DNA of 64,000 bases from Podarcis muralis (lineage: Eukaryota), in contig NC_135656.1 in NCBI RefSeq assembly GCF_964188315.1, forward strand, positions 109,492,001 to 109,556,000, read 5' to 3'. The notes under the pieces are model-generated. The model ran no database searches. It was given only the letters and a program-made list of their open reading frames with translations, and was not told the DNA's origin. Positions 25,063 to 37,488 of this stretch are shown here, in pieces. The translations under genes and the position numbers were made by a program. The first letter of the stretch is position 1. The number at the start of each line of letters is the position of its first letter.

Positions 25063-26438
25063 TGTGCATACAGCTCCATTGGATGTGTGTCGCAGATGTC
25101 GTACAGGATGGCTGCTACGGGACTGTACGCAAATGTTCAGGAGAATTGAAACAAGAAGAGCAGAGGCAGCTTCCATGTAGGCACAACCCCTGGCCGTGTG
25201 CGTGATATTCCGTTCCACCTTAAGAATAGGCATGATTGTTTTATGTCACATGTCTGTTTACACTCCAGCACAGCTTGCTGGGAACTTCCGATTGTGTATA
25301 GCTTTTGCTTCCGGCTTGCTTTGGACAAGAAGGGGAGAAGACATGTTTTCCTTTTGTCCTGATGTATGCTGAATAAATTGCTTGTAAATATGCTCAACAC
25401 AGCCTCTCCCTGCCACTTCTGTTGCACAGTGTTATTTACTCTTCTGAGTGTGCGTGCTCAGCTTCTGAAGGCTTCTGAAGCTAGGGTCGCAGCTTATGCT
25501 CATCCAAGAACTGGAGACCGCCTGGCACAGCAGCGAGTGGGCTGGGGCCAGCTGGGGGCCTGCCAATTGCCCCCGATTCCTTTGGCTGCATCCCAACAAA
25601 TACATAGTGTATTGTCAATAATTGGTAATACTTGGTGTGGACCCCCCCCCCCAAGTTGCTGCAACCTCTGCAAAGAGGACAGACCTAAGAATGACTGCTT
25701 AGATGCAAGGCTAGTGTGCATGGGTATTCAGAGCCATGGAAACTACTGTTAAGTGTCAGCTTGGACTATAAAGGGTGAACTATCTGCACATGGCTAGGGA
25801 GTGCCCTTGACTTTAGACTACAATGCCCACCAGCCAAGACAGCCTGGCCAATAGTCAGAGATGTAGTTCAGCAAAAAAACTGGAGAATAATGAGCTGCCT
25901 GCAGCTCCACTTAACTTTAGTCCATTTTCATCATCTCTTCAATTGTCCCAAGGGAAAGCATGGCATAAAGCTGTGCAAACAGGTTTTCTCCTTCCCAGCG
26001 CCTGTGAATGTGCCGCAGAGAGTATGCAAAGAGAAGGCCATACGTCCCCTGCAATTATTGAAATCACCATCATTGATGTGTGTTCCTGTGACCAAGGTCC
26101 CATAAGTTATTTTTACCCAGATGTCACTTTGGGATGAATAATAATAATAATAACCCTGAATCATTGATCATTTATTCCCCAAATCTGGAAAGAGAGCAGC
26201 ATAAATATATAAATATACTGAAGTAATGAGGGTGAGGGCTGAGATTTAGCCTGTCGGTCTGATGTTTGTATCTTCTTTTCCACGGAAGCCAGGCTTGGGG
26301 TCTTCCTCTGAGAAGCCAGACACAGGATGAGGCTTGCAAGACTGTCGCGGTGTTTTCCTGGCAAATTTCTCTGCCAGTGCATGGACTGGGTATATTGCAG
26401 AGTTAACTGAAGGAAGGTGTCTCTTCCTCGTGTTTAAA

Positions 26439-29400
26439 ATGATCCTGCTGCTAATATTGCTCCATTTGCCCTTTGGGGTAGTGATGAATGAAGATGTAAA
26501 CCTCTCAAACCCATCGACACCTCCAAATAATTATTACAGTCCTGGAGATTACCTCATTACTGGAGTTATACCAGTGGGAACAGCTGTCTATCCATCATAT
26601 GCTTTCATGTCTGACCCCACCCACGACTTCCAACCGTAAGTATCCCTTCATGTTAGCCTTTAACTGTCCTCAGACAATTCTGTTATTCTCTGTAGCAGTT
26701 TATATGTGGGGTGAGCATCAGTTTCTTAAGCTCCTTAGTTTTGAAATACGACTTGAAAGGTGACTAGGAAAATGGAAGATTCGTCTGGCTGTATTAATGG
26801 AAGCTGCTCACCAAAGTCTCCTTTTCCCAAGGAACAAACATCTATTCTTGGTCAAACACTGTCAACAACTTAAATGACAAATTAAACTGATGGAATATGC
26901 GCAGCTTGTGGACCTAATATAGTATAAGAGAACAAGAAGAACATACGTTTAAAGAAGATTGGAAAATGTTTATTGAATATGTGGGGAGAAATTGTGTACA
27001 CTTGAAAACGTTGGCAGCATTAAGATAAATTCAACAGTGTAAATAGGTTTTGATGGAAGTAATAATGGAATACTGAATGGTTTAGTTTATGTAAAATATG
27101 CAGGGATTTATGCTATGCAAAATGAACCATGGAAAGAGAAGAAGGGAAGTCGTTGATATTTTAAGGCTGTTTAAGTGAATACTCTAAATTGTAAAACAGA
27201 AAATTTAATTAAAAAAATTATATATATAAATTAAATAACATAAACCTGACCTTTGAAGACTCTGTAAGTAAACCATTTTTAACTTACCAAACATGTGATC
27301 TTTTTCAATGCTAGGGGGAGTGGGAAACTTTGGAAGGATCTTAGAAGAGCATATATTGTAGGACTAACAAACTACAGTTCCATGTTTTACTTTCCTGCAT
27401 CTTTTGTGATTCTAAATCTCTGCTGGGATTCTCTCAAAGAGAACTTGCCTCAAACTTAGATCTTGGCATCCTGGAATTCCTCTTTGATACCTATTTTTTT
27501 CATTGCACCAATAGATATGACATTTGCTTTTCATTCCAGGATACAGGAGAGGAGCCACCAATACATTCTGACCATCTTGTTTGCCATTCATGAGATCAAT
27601 GAAAATCCCAAGCTCTTACCTAACATCACCCTTGGCTACAGCATCTATGAAAATTGTTTCAGTGCCAGGACAGCCTCTGAAGCCACCATAGACCTGTTGT
27701 CTACTAGACATTGGATGGTCCCTAATTTCAGGTGTGGGAGGCAAGGCAAGCTCCTGGCTGTTATTCAAGGAGGGGACTTTGAAACCTTTTTTCAAATGGC
27801 AGCCATGCTAAATGCTTACAAGGTCCCGCAGGTATGGAGAACAAGGGGAGGCCTGGCTGAGCAAATCTCAGATCTAACTGCTTAACTCTTGTAACTGAAA
27901 CAGAGGCGATGGGGGTAGAAGAGTATATAACCCTTTTCTTGCTTTGGGAGTTTTCCGTTGACGTCTGTCTCAAGGAAGTTGGGATAAACACGTGAACTCA
28001 CACTGTTTGCCTTTTGCAGCTCTGTAGTACACTTAGGAAGGTGACACCTATATAAAAGAAACTTTAAATTCTCAGGGAATTTAAATAAGAAGTCAGTGAT
28101 TCAGAAATTTATTAAGAAAGTTAGAAAGCAGAATGTGAGGGCAACATTGCAAGGCCTTAAACAGGAACCATGTTGCTAAAGGATTCCTTGTCATTCAGTC
28201 ACTGTTGTTAAGCTGTCAAGACAAAAAAATCCAAGTTGAGAGTTGCAAAACTGCACAAAAAGTGTTTTATTTATCGGGGTTAACACACTTTGTCGTTGTT
28301 GTTGTGATTACCAGAAGTAATAATATCAGGACTTTGGAACATTGAAGTTAAAGTGGATAGGGAGCTTTTATAGTTTTGTGCATTCTTATTTTCTTCATAA
28401 GATCTGCAAATGCTACATTCTATATTTGCATTTCGCAATGTCTGCAGATTATTTGCAACACTAAGCGTTCATTCCTTTCTTTCTAGCTCACTTATGGTTT
28501 TGCTAACCATATTCTGAATGCTAAAACTCTGTTCCCCTCTTCCTACTGGATGAGTCCGAAGGAAACTCTGCAATACGTGGGGATAGTGAAGTTGCTCCTG
28601 CATTTCAGGTGGACGTGGGTTGGACTCCTTGCTCCACAAAATAGTGATGGGGATCACTTCCTGCAAACCATGATGGCAACATTTGTTGAGAGTGATATTT
28701 GTGTTGCCTTCACTTATGGAATCCCACAATTTTCTTCCGATAAAATGCATGGTGCAGAACAACACTTGATACATTTTCAAGCTAACCTTACACAGAAGAA
28801 AGCCAATGTGATTATTTATTATGGGGACTCCAACTCAATGTTTCAGTTGGCACACACACTAAATGATATTGAAACAAAAAGCAATGCTTCTGTAGGGAAA
28901 GTTTGGATCTCCACAGCTCTGTGGGGCTTCACCTTAAGCTCATCTTCTGCATATCAGAATATCAAATTCTTCCACGGCGCACTGTCCTTCATCATCCAAG
29001 CAAATAAGAGTTCGGAATCTCAGGACCTTTTCTTGACTCACGATGAAGATTCACTGGATCAAGCTTGGTCAGAAACATTTGACTGCTCTCGTCCCAACCA
29101 CAAATGGTCGAGGAAAACTTGGGATAGATGCACGAGGAGGGGAGAACTGGAAGGTCTTCCCTCAGATTGGCATGGGAAAGGCATGTCTGCTGAGAGCTAC
29201 AATATTTACAGTGCTGTCTATGTGACAGTGCACGCCTTGCATGCTCTGATGACTTCTGCATCAAGCCACATGTTGAGTACCAAAAAAGGCAGACAGGACG
29301 TTCTGAATGTAGAGCCATGGCAGGTGAGAGAGAGACACGGGGCAGGGAGAAGGAGAAAGGGAGAGAGGAAGAGGGGGAGAGAGGGGGCTAGGGAGAGAGG

Positions 29401-30833
29401 GAGAGAGGGAGAGAGGGGTTTCTTGTTGTCTCACACTACTTTCGTTCACTTAGGGCTCATCCCCATTTACCTTTTTGCCCAGCGCTTTCTTTGCAGAGGT
29501 CAGAGTCCCTTTTTTGCCCTGAATTGGAACAAGTGGCAACTTGGGTTTTCTGCCATTTGCTCTGATTCAGTGGTAAAAGACAGGAGGTTGCAAGGAAAGC
29601 ACTGGAGGGCAAGGGGACGCTTAGACCTGTGTTTAGAAATGCAACACAAAATGAGCCTTTGGCCATCTCAAGCCGCTTGCCGCAGCAAACTGTCCCAATA
29701 AGGAGAGACTGTAGCTCAGTAACAGAGAATCCCAACATTGAAATCCTGGAATTTCCAGGTAAATATCTTCAGGCAATCAGGTGGTGCATCAGTTTCCATT
29801 AAAGGAATGGAGGTGAGGCGGGGAATTAAGATTAGGATGGAAGAAGGAAGGAATGTGATTCATTGACCCATAGTACACATGTTGACATTTTATCTCTCTC
29901 TTTCTAGCTTCACCCTTTTCTGAGAAGGCTCCACTTCAACAGTGCTACCATAGATGAGAGGTATTTTGATGAGGACAGGGAGCTGGTGGCTGACTATGAT
30001 ATTGTGAATTTGGTTGCATTTCCTAACCAATCTGCCATAAGAGTGAAAGTTGGGAAGCTGGAGAGGCAAGCGTCTTCCGGTCTAGAGCTAACTATTCACG
30101 AGGAAGTCATTGTGTGGCCCAGTTGGTTCAATCAGGTGAGGAATCTATTCATAGAATCTTAGAAACCTAGAGTTGGAAGGGACCTGCGGGTTGTCTTGTC
30201 CAACCCCCTGCAATGCAGGAATCTCAGCTAAAGCATCCATGACAGATGGCCACCCAACCTATTCATAATTTACAAGCTGGCGTAATGTAGTAGTGAGCTT
30301 TGAGCCTGGAAGTCTCCTGTTCAAATTAGCAAATTACAATATAGCTGGTCTCAGCCTCAATCTCTCCTTGGTTGTTTAGAGTCAGGTAGGTAGCCGTGTT
30401 GGTCTGACGCAGTCGATAGATATACAGTATAAAAAAGAGACCAGCTAATTTTGTTCTTGGCATGCATACAAAAGCTTATACCCAGAACAAACTTAGTTGG
30501 TCTCTAAAGTGCTACTGGACAATTTTTTTATTTATATATATATATTGGTTGTTTAGAGATCAGGGATGGGAAGATGATCCACAGTTGTTCTGCAAGGAAT
30601 GGACACATGAAAACAGAATGGTATAGTACCTACAGAAATCCCTCAGACAGGTTTTTCCTTTCTTGATTCTCTTCAGACACGGCCCCATTCTACTTGTACA
30701 GAAAGCTGCCAATCTGGATACAGCAAGATCGTGCCAGAAGGCCAACCAATTTGCTGCTATGATTGTGCCCCGTGCAGACAAGGAACCATTTCTACTCATA
30801 CTGGTAAATGGGTTTGAAGGAACAGAAGATCCG

Positions 30834-30870
<37 letters not shown>

Positions 30871-32122
30871 AAGGAGCAGGTTCAGGATGAAATGGTCATG
30901 TTTGGTCTGAACTGAAATTTTGCAAACCAAGTAAGTTCAGCTTTGTTGAATTCTGGCCCAGAATTTCAAGAGGCACATTTCAATTTAATTTGGAGTTCTG
31001 GTGAATCCATTCTAGGCAAGCAGTCTTCCTAGTGCATCGCTTAAGAGTGTTGCTCTAAGTAGGCTCAGGTTACAGCTTGTTCATCTAAAATGACTAAAAA
31101 TCCTTAGCAACAGGAACGCAGAAACAAAGAAAATCGTCAAACCATTAATTCTAGCATGCGGGGGGCTACCCAAATTGTATAATTTGGCATCTCAATGATT
31201 GGTATTATTCATTGTATTATAATTTGGCATTGTTATAATGAGGCTTTTGTTGGATTGTTGTAATTGAAAACTAATAAAAAATATTATGAAAATGAATAAA
31301 TAAAAACCCTTAGCAACAGCAGTACCTCGATATCTGCCTAATAAGCCACAAACACTGCCTCCATATTTTGCTTACTAACTTTATAGATGTACAACTTACT
31401 TTTCTAAAATTGAAAGCTAAGAATTTGAGCCCTCTGTGGCATGGGGGAGTGGACATAAGTATGAACTAAAAATCATTCAAAATTCTGCCTGAAATGTATT
31501 TAATTTACCTGTTGTTCACCAGCAATTATGGGAGCAACCTTCCACTGTTTCCTAAACATTTTTTAATTATTTCAGTCACGTTTGTTCAGCTGAACTAGGT
31601 AATTACAAGTACTAATCATGGTGCTAGACACCTCAACATTAACACCATTATCTAATGAGTAACTATTTCTCCAGGAATTTAACTATGCTAGTGATTCCCT
31701 AGATCTCAAAGATCTCAAAAGTGATAATCTAAACATACACACCTTTCTCAACCATTCCTCACAAGGCGTGGTTTCCAGACCCTGATCATATTGTGCACCC
31801 TCCTCTGCACACATTCCAGCTTCTCAATATCCTTCTTAAATTGTGATCCCAGAACTGGACACGGTATTCCAGTTTTGGGCTGACCAAAGCAGAATAGAGT
31901 AGTACTATTATTTCCCTTCATCTGGACCAGGGGTCAGCAAACTTTTTCAGCAGGGGGCCAGTCCACTGTCCCTCAGACCTTTTGGGGGGCCAGATTTTTT
32001 TGGGGGGGGGAAATGAACAAATTCTTATGCCCCACAAATAATCCAGTGATGCATTTTAAATAAAAGCACACATTCTACTCATGTAAAACACTAGGCAGGC
32101 CCCACAAATAACCCAGAGATGA

Positions 32123-32174
<52 letters not shown>

Positions 32175-33130
32175 TGAAATCATAGGGCTTATTTCTTTCA
32201 GATGCAGATCATTGCCACCAGTGCCCAGAAGATAAATACCCAAACAATGAGAGGGATCAATGTTTTCCCAAAACCATAGTCTTCCTCTCCTATGAAGAAC
32301 CTCTGGGGATTATCCTGGCTTTCTTTGCCTTGTTCTTGTGTTTCATCACAGCTTCTGTTCTCGGAATCTTTATTAAATACCAAGGCACTCCAATAGTTAA
32401 AGCAAACCATCAAAGCCTCACGTACATCCTCCTTGTTTCTCTTCTGTTTAGTTTATTATCTTCCTTTCTATTCCTTGGCCAGCCTCAAAAGCTCAACTGC
32501 ATTCTCCGTGTAATAGCTTTCAGCATAAGCATCTCAGTCACCCTCTCTTCTATTCTGGCAAAAATGACCACTGTGCTGTTGGCATTCATGGCCACAAAGC
32601 CAGGGAACAGCGTCAGCAAATGGGTGGGAAGGAGTTTGCCAAATGCCATCGTCCTTTTCTGTTCCCTCGTTCAGTTTGTAATCTGCATGGTCTTCACTGG
32701 AATATCTCCCCCCTTCCCAGAATTTGGCAAGGATTCTGCAGCTGGACAGATAGTATTGCAATGCAATGAAGGTTCTGCCACTATATTTTATTCTATCTTT
32801 CTCTACATAGCCCTTCTGGGTACTGCCTCTTTTGGTGTTGCTTTCTTAACCATGAAACTACCATGGGGTTTCCAAGAAACCAAGTATATCACTTTGATCA
32901 TGCTAATGCTTGGCTGGGTTTGGGTCTTCACTTTGCCAGTCTTTGCAGGCACCAAAGGAAAAAACATGGCAGCTTTGCAAGTCTATTCCATCTTGACTTC
33001 CAGTGGTGGGTTATTGGGTTACATCTTCCTTCCCAAATGCTACATCCTTGTAATGAGGCCTGACCTGAATACAAAGGAGCACCTAATGATGAAAAGGAAG
33101 AAAAAAAGGGGCGTTGTGTTGGATGTATAG
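26439..33130 (+). CDS. Vmn2r: Vomeronasal type-2 receptor B, intact, 869 aa with proximal terminal exon 6a; join(26439..26635,27540..27831,28487..29323,29908..30135,30677..30803,32202..33130)
   Basis: Same six-exon architecture (197/292/837/228/127/929 = 2610 nt), all GT-AG and in frame. The 7TM is atypical ([18 protein letters not shown]). Confidence 0.93.
30382..30544 (+). mobile_element. Degenerate copy of the same Penelope-like family with an inverted terminal segment; ribozyme core destroyed
   Basis: 14-bp TSD TTGGTTGTTTAGAG (30368-30381, 30545-30558). Shares ccagaacaaacttagttggtctctaaagtgctactgg with the 47744 element. Inverted repeat at 30437-30460 / 30482-30504. Confidence 0.6.
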
Positions 33131-33221
33131 TTCAGCCACATTTCAGCAGCCATTTTATATATACATATTCTTAAAAAGTATCAGAGCGGTTTACAACAGT
33201 CATATGTAAATACTTACAAGG

Positions 33222-33764
33222 CTCCTTTCTCTCCTGCTTTCCTTTTTGTCCTCCCTTCTTTCCATTGGCCAGCCTCAAAAGGTCACCTGCCTTCTCCGTC
33301 AAACCATCTTCAGCACCATCTTCTCAGTCACCGTCTCTTCTGTGCTGGCAAAAACTATAACTGTGGTTTTGGCATTCATGGCCACAAAACCAGGGAACGG
33401 CATTAGCAAGTGGGTGGGAAAGAGTCTGGCGAATGGTATTGTCCTCTTTCGTTCTGCCTTTCAGTTTGGCATCTGTATTGCCTGGATTGGAATATATCCC
33501 CCCTTCCCAGAACTGGACATGGATTCCCAAGTCACACAGACAGTTCTGCAATGCAATGAAGGGTCCACCACCATGTTTTACTCTGCCCTTGGCTACATGG
33601 GCCTTCTAGCTGCCATCTCTTTTACTGTGGCTTTCCTAGCCAGGAAACTCCCTGGCGGTTTCAACGAAGCCAAGTTTATCACCTTCAGCATGCTGGTCTT
33701 TTGCAGTGTTTGGGTCTCCTTTGTGCCTACTTACTTGAGCACCAAGGGGAAATACATGGTGGCT
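33222..33764 (+). pseudogene. Orphan fragment of a canonical V2R exon 6 (TM2 to TM6-7 loop), truncated at both ends
   Basis: ORF 33246..33944 matches V2R-A exon 6 almost residue for residue up to KGKYMVA, then runs into an L2 fragment. No acceptor and no TM1. Confidence 0.85.
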
Positions 33765-34098
33765 CCACCCCCATCGCTCATTGCAGACACTGAGGTCCAG
33801 CTCCGAGGGCCTTCTGGCAGTTCCTTCACTGTGATTAGTGAGGTTACAGGAAAGCAGGCAGAGGGCCTTCTCGGTAGTGGCGCCCGCCCTGTGGAATGCC
33901 CTCTCGTCAGATGTCAAGGAAATAGACAACTATCTGACTTTTAGAAGAAATCTGAAGGCAGCCCTGTTTAGGGAAGTTTTTAATGTTTGATGTTTTATCA
34001 TTTTTTTAATATTCTGTTGCCCAGAGTAACTGGGGAAACCCAGCCAGATGGGCGGGGTATAAATAATAAATTTGATTGATTGATTGATTGATTGATTG
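33765..34098 (+). mobile_element. L2 LINE 3' fragment (others at about 6760-6995 +, 21715-22130 -, 51185-51500 -, 58340-58720 -)
   Basis: RAF.VVAP.LW..LP..VKEI motif in related copies; AATAAA followed by a microsatellite tail. Confidence 0.8.
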
Positions 34099-34123
34099 AA
34101 ATCATTGGGTTTATTTCTTTCAG

Positions 34124-35043
34124 ATGCAGAGCATTGCCACCAGTGCCCGGAAGATAAATACCCAAACAATGAGAGGGATCAATGTTTTCCCAAGACCATA
34201 GTCTTCCTCTCCTATGAAGAACCTCTGGGGATTATCCTGGCTTTCTTTGCCCTGTTCTTGTGCTTCTCCACATGTTGTGTTTTGAAAATCTTCATTAAAT
34301 ACAGAGACACTCCATTTGTTAAAGCCAACAATCGAAACCTTACTTACATCCTCCTCGTTTCTCTCCTGCTTTCCTTTTTGTCCTCCTTTCTATTCCTTGG
34401 CCAGCCTAAAAAGCTCAACTGCATTCTCCGTCAAATAGCTTTCGGCACATGCATCTCAGTCACTCTCTCTTCTGTTCTGGCAAAAATGACCACTGTGCTG
34501 TTGGCATTCATGGCCACAAAGCCAGGGAACAGCGTCAGCAAATGGGTGGAAAAGAATTTGCCAAATGCAATCTTCCTTTTCTGTTCCGTCGTTCCGTTTG
34601 TCATCCTCCTGGTCTTCACTGTAATATCTTCCCCCTTCCCAGAATTTGGCAAGGGATCCACAGCTGGTCAGTTAGTATTGCAATGCAATGAAGGTTCTGC
34701 CCCTGTATTTCATTATACATTTACCTACGTAGGCCTTCTGGCTACTGCTTCTTTTGGTGTTGCTTTCTTAACCATGAAACTACCTTGGGGTTTCCAAGAA
34801 ACCAAGTTTATCACTTTGGGCACAGTAACATTTGGCAGCATTTGGGTCTGTACTTTTCTAGTGTTTGTAGGCAGCAAAGGAAACAACATGACATTTTTGC
34901 AGGTCCTTTCCATCTTGACTTCCTGTGGTGGGTTACTGGGTTTCATGTTCCTTCCCAAATGCTACATCATTGTACTGAGGCCTGATCTGAATACAAAGGA
35001 GCACCTAATGATGAAAAGGAAGGAAAAAAGGAGGCTTGTGTAG
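34124..35043 (+). CDS. Vmn2r: Second intact V2R terminal exon (6b): Cys-rich end plus complete 7TM, candidate alternative last exon of V2R-B
   Basis: Acceptor ttatttctttcag|ATGCAGAG has the correct phase for the exon 5 donor at 30803. Open for 920 nt to TAG. No exons 1-5 lie between 6a and 6b. Confidence 0.8.
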
Positions 35044-35086
35044 GATGTATAGTTCAGCCACATCTCATTATTTTAAATACAATTTA

Positions 35087-35312
35087 CAGTGGTACCTCGG
35101 GTTACATATGCTTCAGGTTACAGACTCTGCTAACCCAGAAATAGTGTTTCAGGTTAAGAACTTTGCTTCAGGATGAGAACAGAAGTCGTGTTCCGGTGGT
35201 GCGGCAGCAGCGGGAGGCCCCATTAGCTAAAGTGGTGCTTCAGGTTAAGAACAGTTTCAGGTTAAGAACGGACCTCCGGAACGAATTAAGTACTTAACCC
35301 GAGGTACCACTG
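35087..35312. mobile_element. Tigger-like MITE just 3' of exon 6b
   Basis: TA|CAGTGGTACCTCGGGTT ... AACCCGAGGTACCACTG|TA. Confidence 0.85.
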
Positions 35313-35832
35313 TATTAATTTTATAATAACAAGAAAAAGCAAACAAACAAAAACATCAAAAACAAAAATTCAAATCATAAATCTTAACTCAATTGACTTC
35401 CCTCCCTTTCTTGGTTCCATTGTTTTATGCTTTGAGCATGCTAATGTCCATAATAAAGTCTTATAATCTTAACAATCCAATTTTAAAACCTTATTCATCT
35501 TAATACAAGTGACTTTTAAAAGTTCTACTAATACACAGCCTATACACAACCCTCAAAAATTATGCATTATACATTTCCCTTTTTTAAGAAAAAACAACGC
35601 TGCCCTTTCTTTATTGGGTTTCAAATTATCTAATATGTTCACTAGTTTGTTTTGCCAATCTTTTTTTTTTTAAAAAAATATCAAATATTTTATTATTAAA
35701 ATAACATTAATACATACATATTACGAATATACAAACATACAAACATACATTTCATACAATCCTTTAGAAATTGCCAATCTTCTTTATCTTCTTCAGCCCA
35801 TATCAGACTGAAGCAGCTACAAATCACTACAG

Positions 35833-37183
35833 CAGTGTTTCCCAACCGGTGTTCCGCGGCACACTAGTGTGCCGTGAGACCTTGCCTGGTGTGCCGTGGG
35901 AGGGAGGCGGGAGAGGCGGGGCGGCGGCGGCATCTCCTGCTGGATGCAAATCCAAACATGGCGGGTGCCTCCCTCGCTCCTTTGTAGGCGGACCATCGAG
36001 AGAGAAAGAAAAGGAGGCGAAAGAGCGAGAGAAGGCGCCTGCGCGGAAAGAGGAGCGAGCAGTGCGCCTGTGCGCCGCGGCGCCCGAGATCGCTTCTCCC
36101 CACCGCCCCTTGCTTCAAAAGAGGTCCGGGGACAGCGGGAAGCGCTTCGCGCTGCCCCCGGACCTCTTTTGAAGCAAGGGTTTGCGGGGAGAAGCGATCT
36201 CCCCGCAGCCCCTTGCTTCAAAAGAGGTCCGGGGGCAGCGGGAAGCGCAGCGCTTCTTCCCCGCTGCCCCCGGACCTCTTTTGAAGCAAGGGGCTGCGGG
36301 GAGATCGCTTCTCCCGGTGCTCCGAAGCGGGGCGGGGGGGCGGGAACACCTGCCCCAGCCGCCCCGCTTCGGAACGCTGCTCCGAAGCGGGGCGGTGGGG
36401 CGGGAACCTCGCACCCCGCCGCCGGGCATCGGAACGATGCCCCGATGCCGGGCGGTGGGGCGGGAACCTCGCACCCCGCCGCCGGGCATCGGAACGAGGT
36501 CCTGGACCTCTTCTGAAGGCAGGCGGGGGCAAAAGTCTTTGCTCCCCCCGCCTGCCTTCCCGGGACAGCGGAGACTTCTCCGCTGCCCCGGGCGATCTTA
36601 AAATGCTGGCGGGCGGGAGCGAAGCGTTCGCTGCCGACCCCCAGCATTTTAAAATCTCCTCGGGGCAGCGGAGACTTCGCTCCCGCCCGCCAGCATTTTA
36701 AAATCGCCCCAGGACAGCAGGGGCTTTTAAAATGCTGGCGGTCGGCAGCAAAGCCCTCCTGTCCCCGGAGCTTGCGGGGCGGGAGGTGGGAAGAAGGGCT
36801 TTTCTTCCCACCGCCAGCCTTCAGAACAGCCTTCTGAAGGCTGGCAGTGGGAAGAAAAGCCCTTGTCCCCCCCCCCCCAGCCTTCAGAAGAGGTCGGGGG
36901 ACAGACTGTCCCCGGACCTGGTCTGAAGGCGGTTTCCCTAGGAACGCATTAATTGATTTTCAATGCATTCCTATGGGAAACCGTGCATCGCAAGACGAAA
37001 AACTCGCAAGACGAAGAGACTTGCGGAACGAATTAATTTCGTCTTGCGAGGTACCACTGTACTTTTTATATAGTCAATATAGGCACAGAGTTAAATTTTT
37101 TAACATTTTCTAATGGTGGTGTGCCTCGAGATTTTTTTCATGAAACAAGTGTGCCTTTGCCCAAAAAAGGTTGGGAAACACTG
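35833..37183. mobile_element. Non-autonomous hAT element with GC-rich composite interior
   Basis: TIRs CAGTGTTTCCCAACC / GGTTGGGAAACACTG; perfect 8-bp TSD CACTACAG. Contains one end of a Tigger-like element, ending at 37059. Confidence 0.9.
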
Positions 37184-37488
37184 CACTACAGGATTGATCA
37201 GGTTGTCCTGAATTGATTTGCAGGTGTTTCTGCAGATCTGTATCACAGAACAGTCCCCCAGAAAGCCAGTGTCTGTGGAATGGATTACAACACCAGGCAA
37301 GTGTTGGTTGGGGTGAGATCATTCTAACTTTCCTCCAGCTCCACTCCTCCCCTTCTCCTCTCACCATCTTGGTCTTCTCCCTGAGGAGAGCATTGCAAAA
37401 ATGGAGAGCCACCACAGAAAAGGCCCATTGTCACGTTGCCATTCTCTGCATCTCTTGTGGAGGGGGGCAGGACTTGAAGAAGGACCTC

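Noticed and set aside
25063-25520. Second LTR-like segment after the copia LTR
   Set aside because: Has AATAAA but I could not define termini or a TSD; left uncalled.
29324-29701. C-terminal extensions of exon ORFs (also 19321-19440, 45009-45161)
   Set aside because: Read-through into introns past clear GT donors conserved in all paralogs.
35771-36647. Long overlapping ORFs of 124-276 aa
   Set aside because: Stop-poor GC-rich repeats inside a hAT element; low-complexity, no domain motif.
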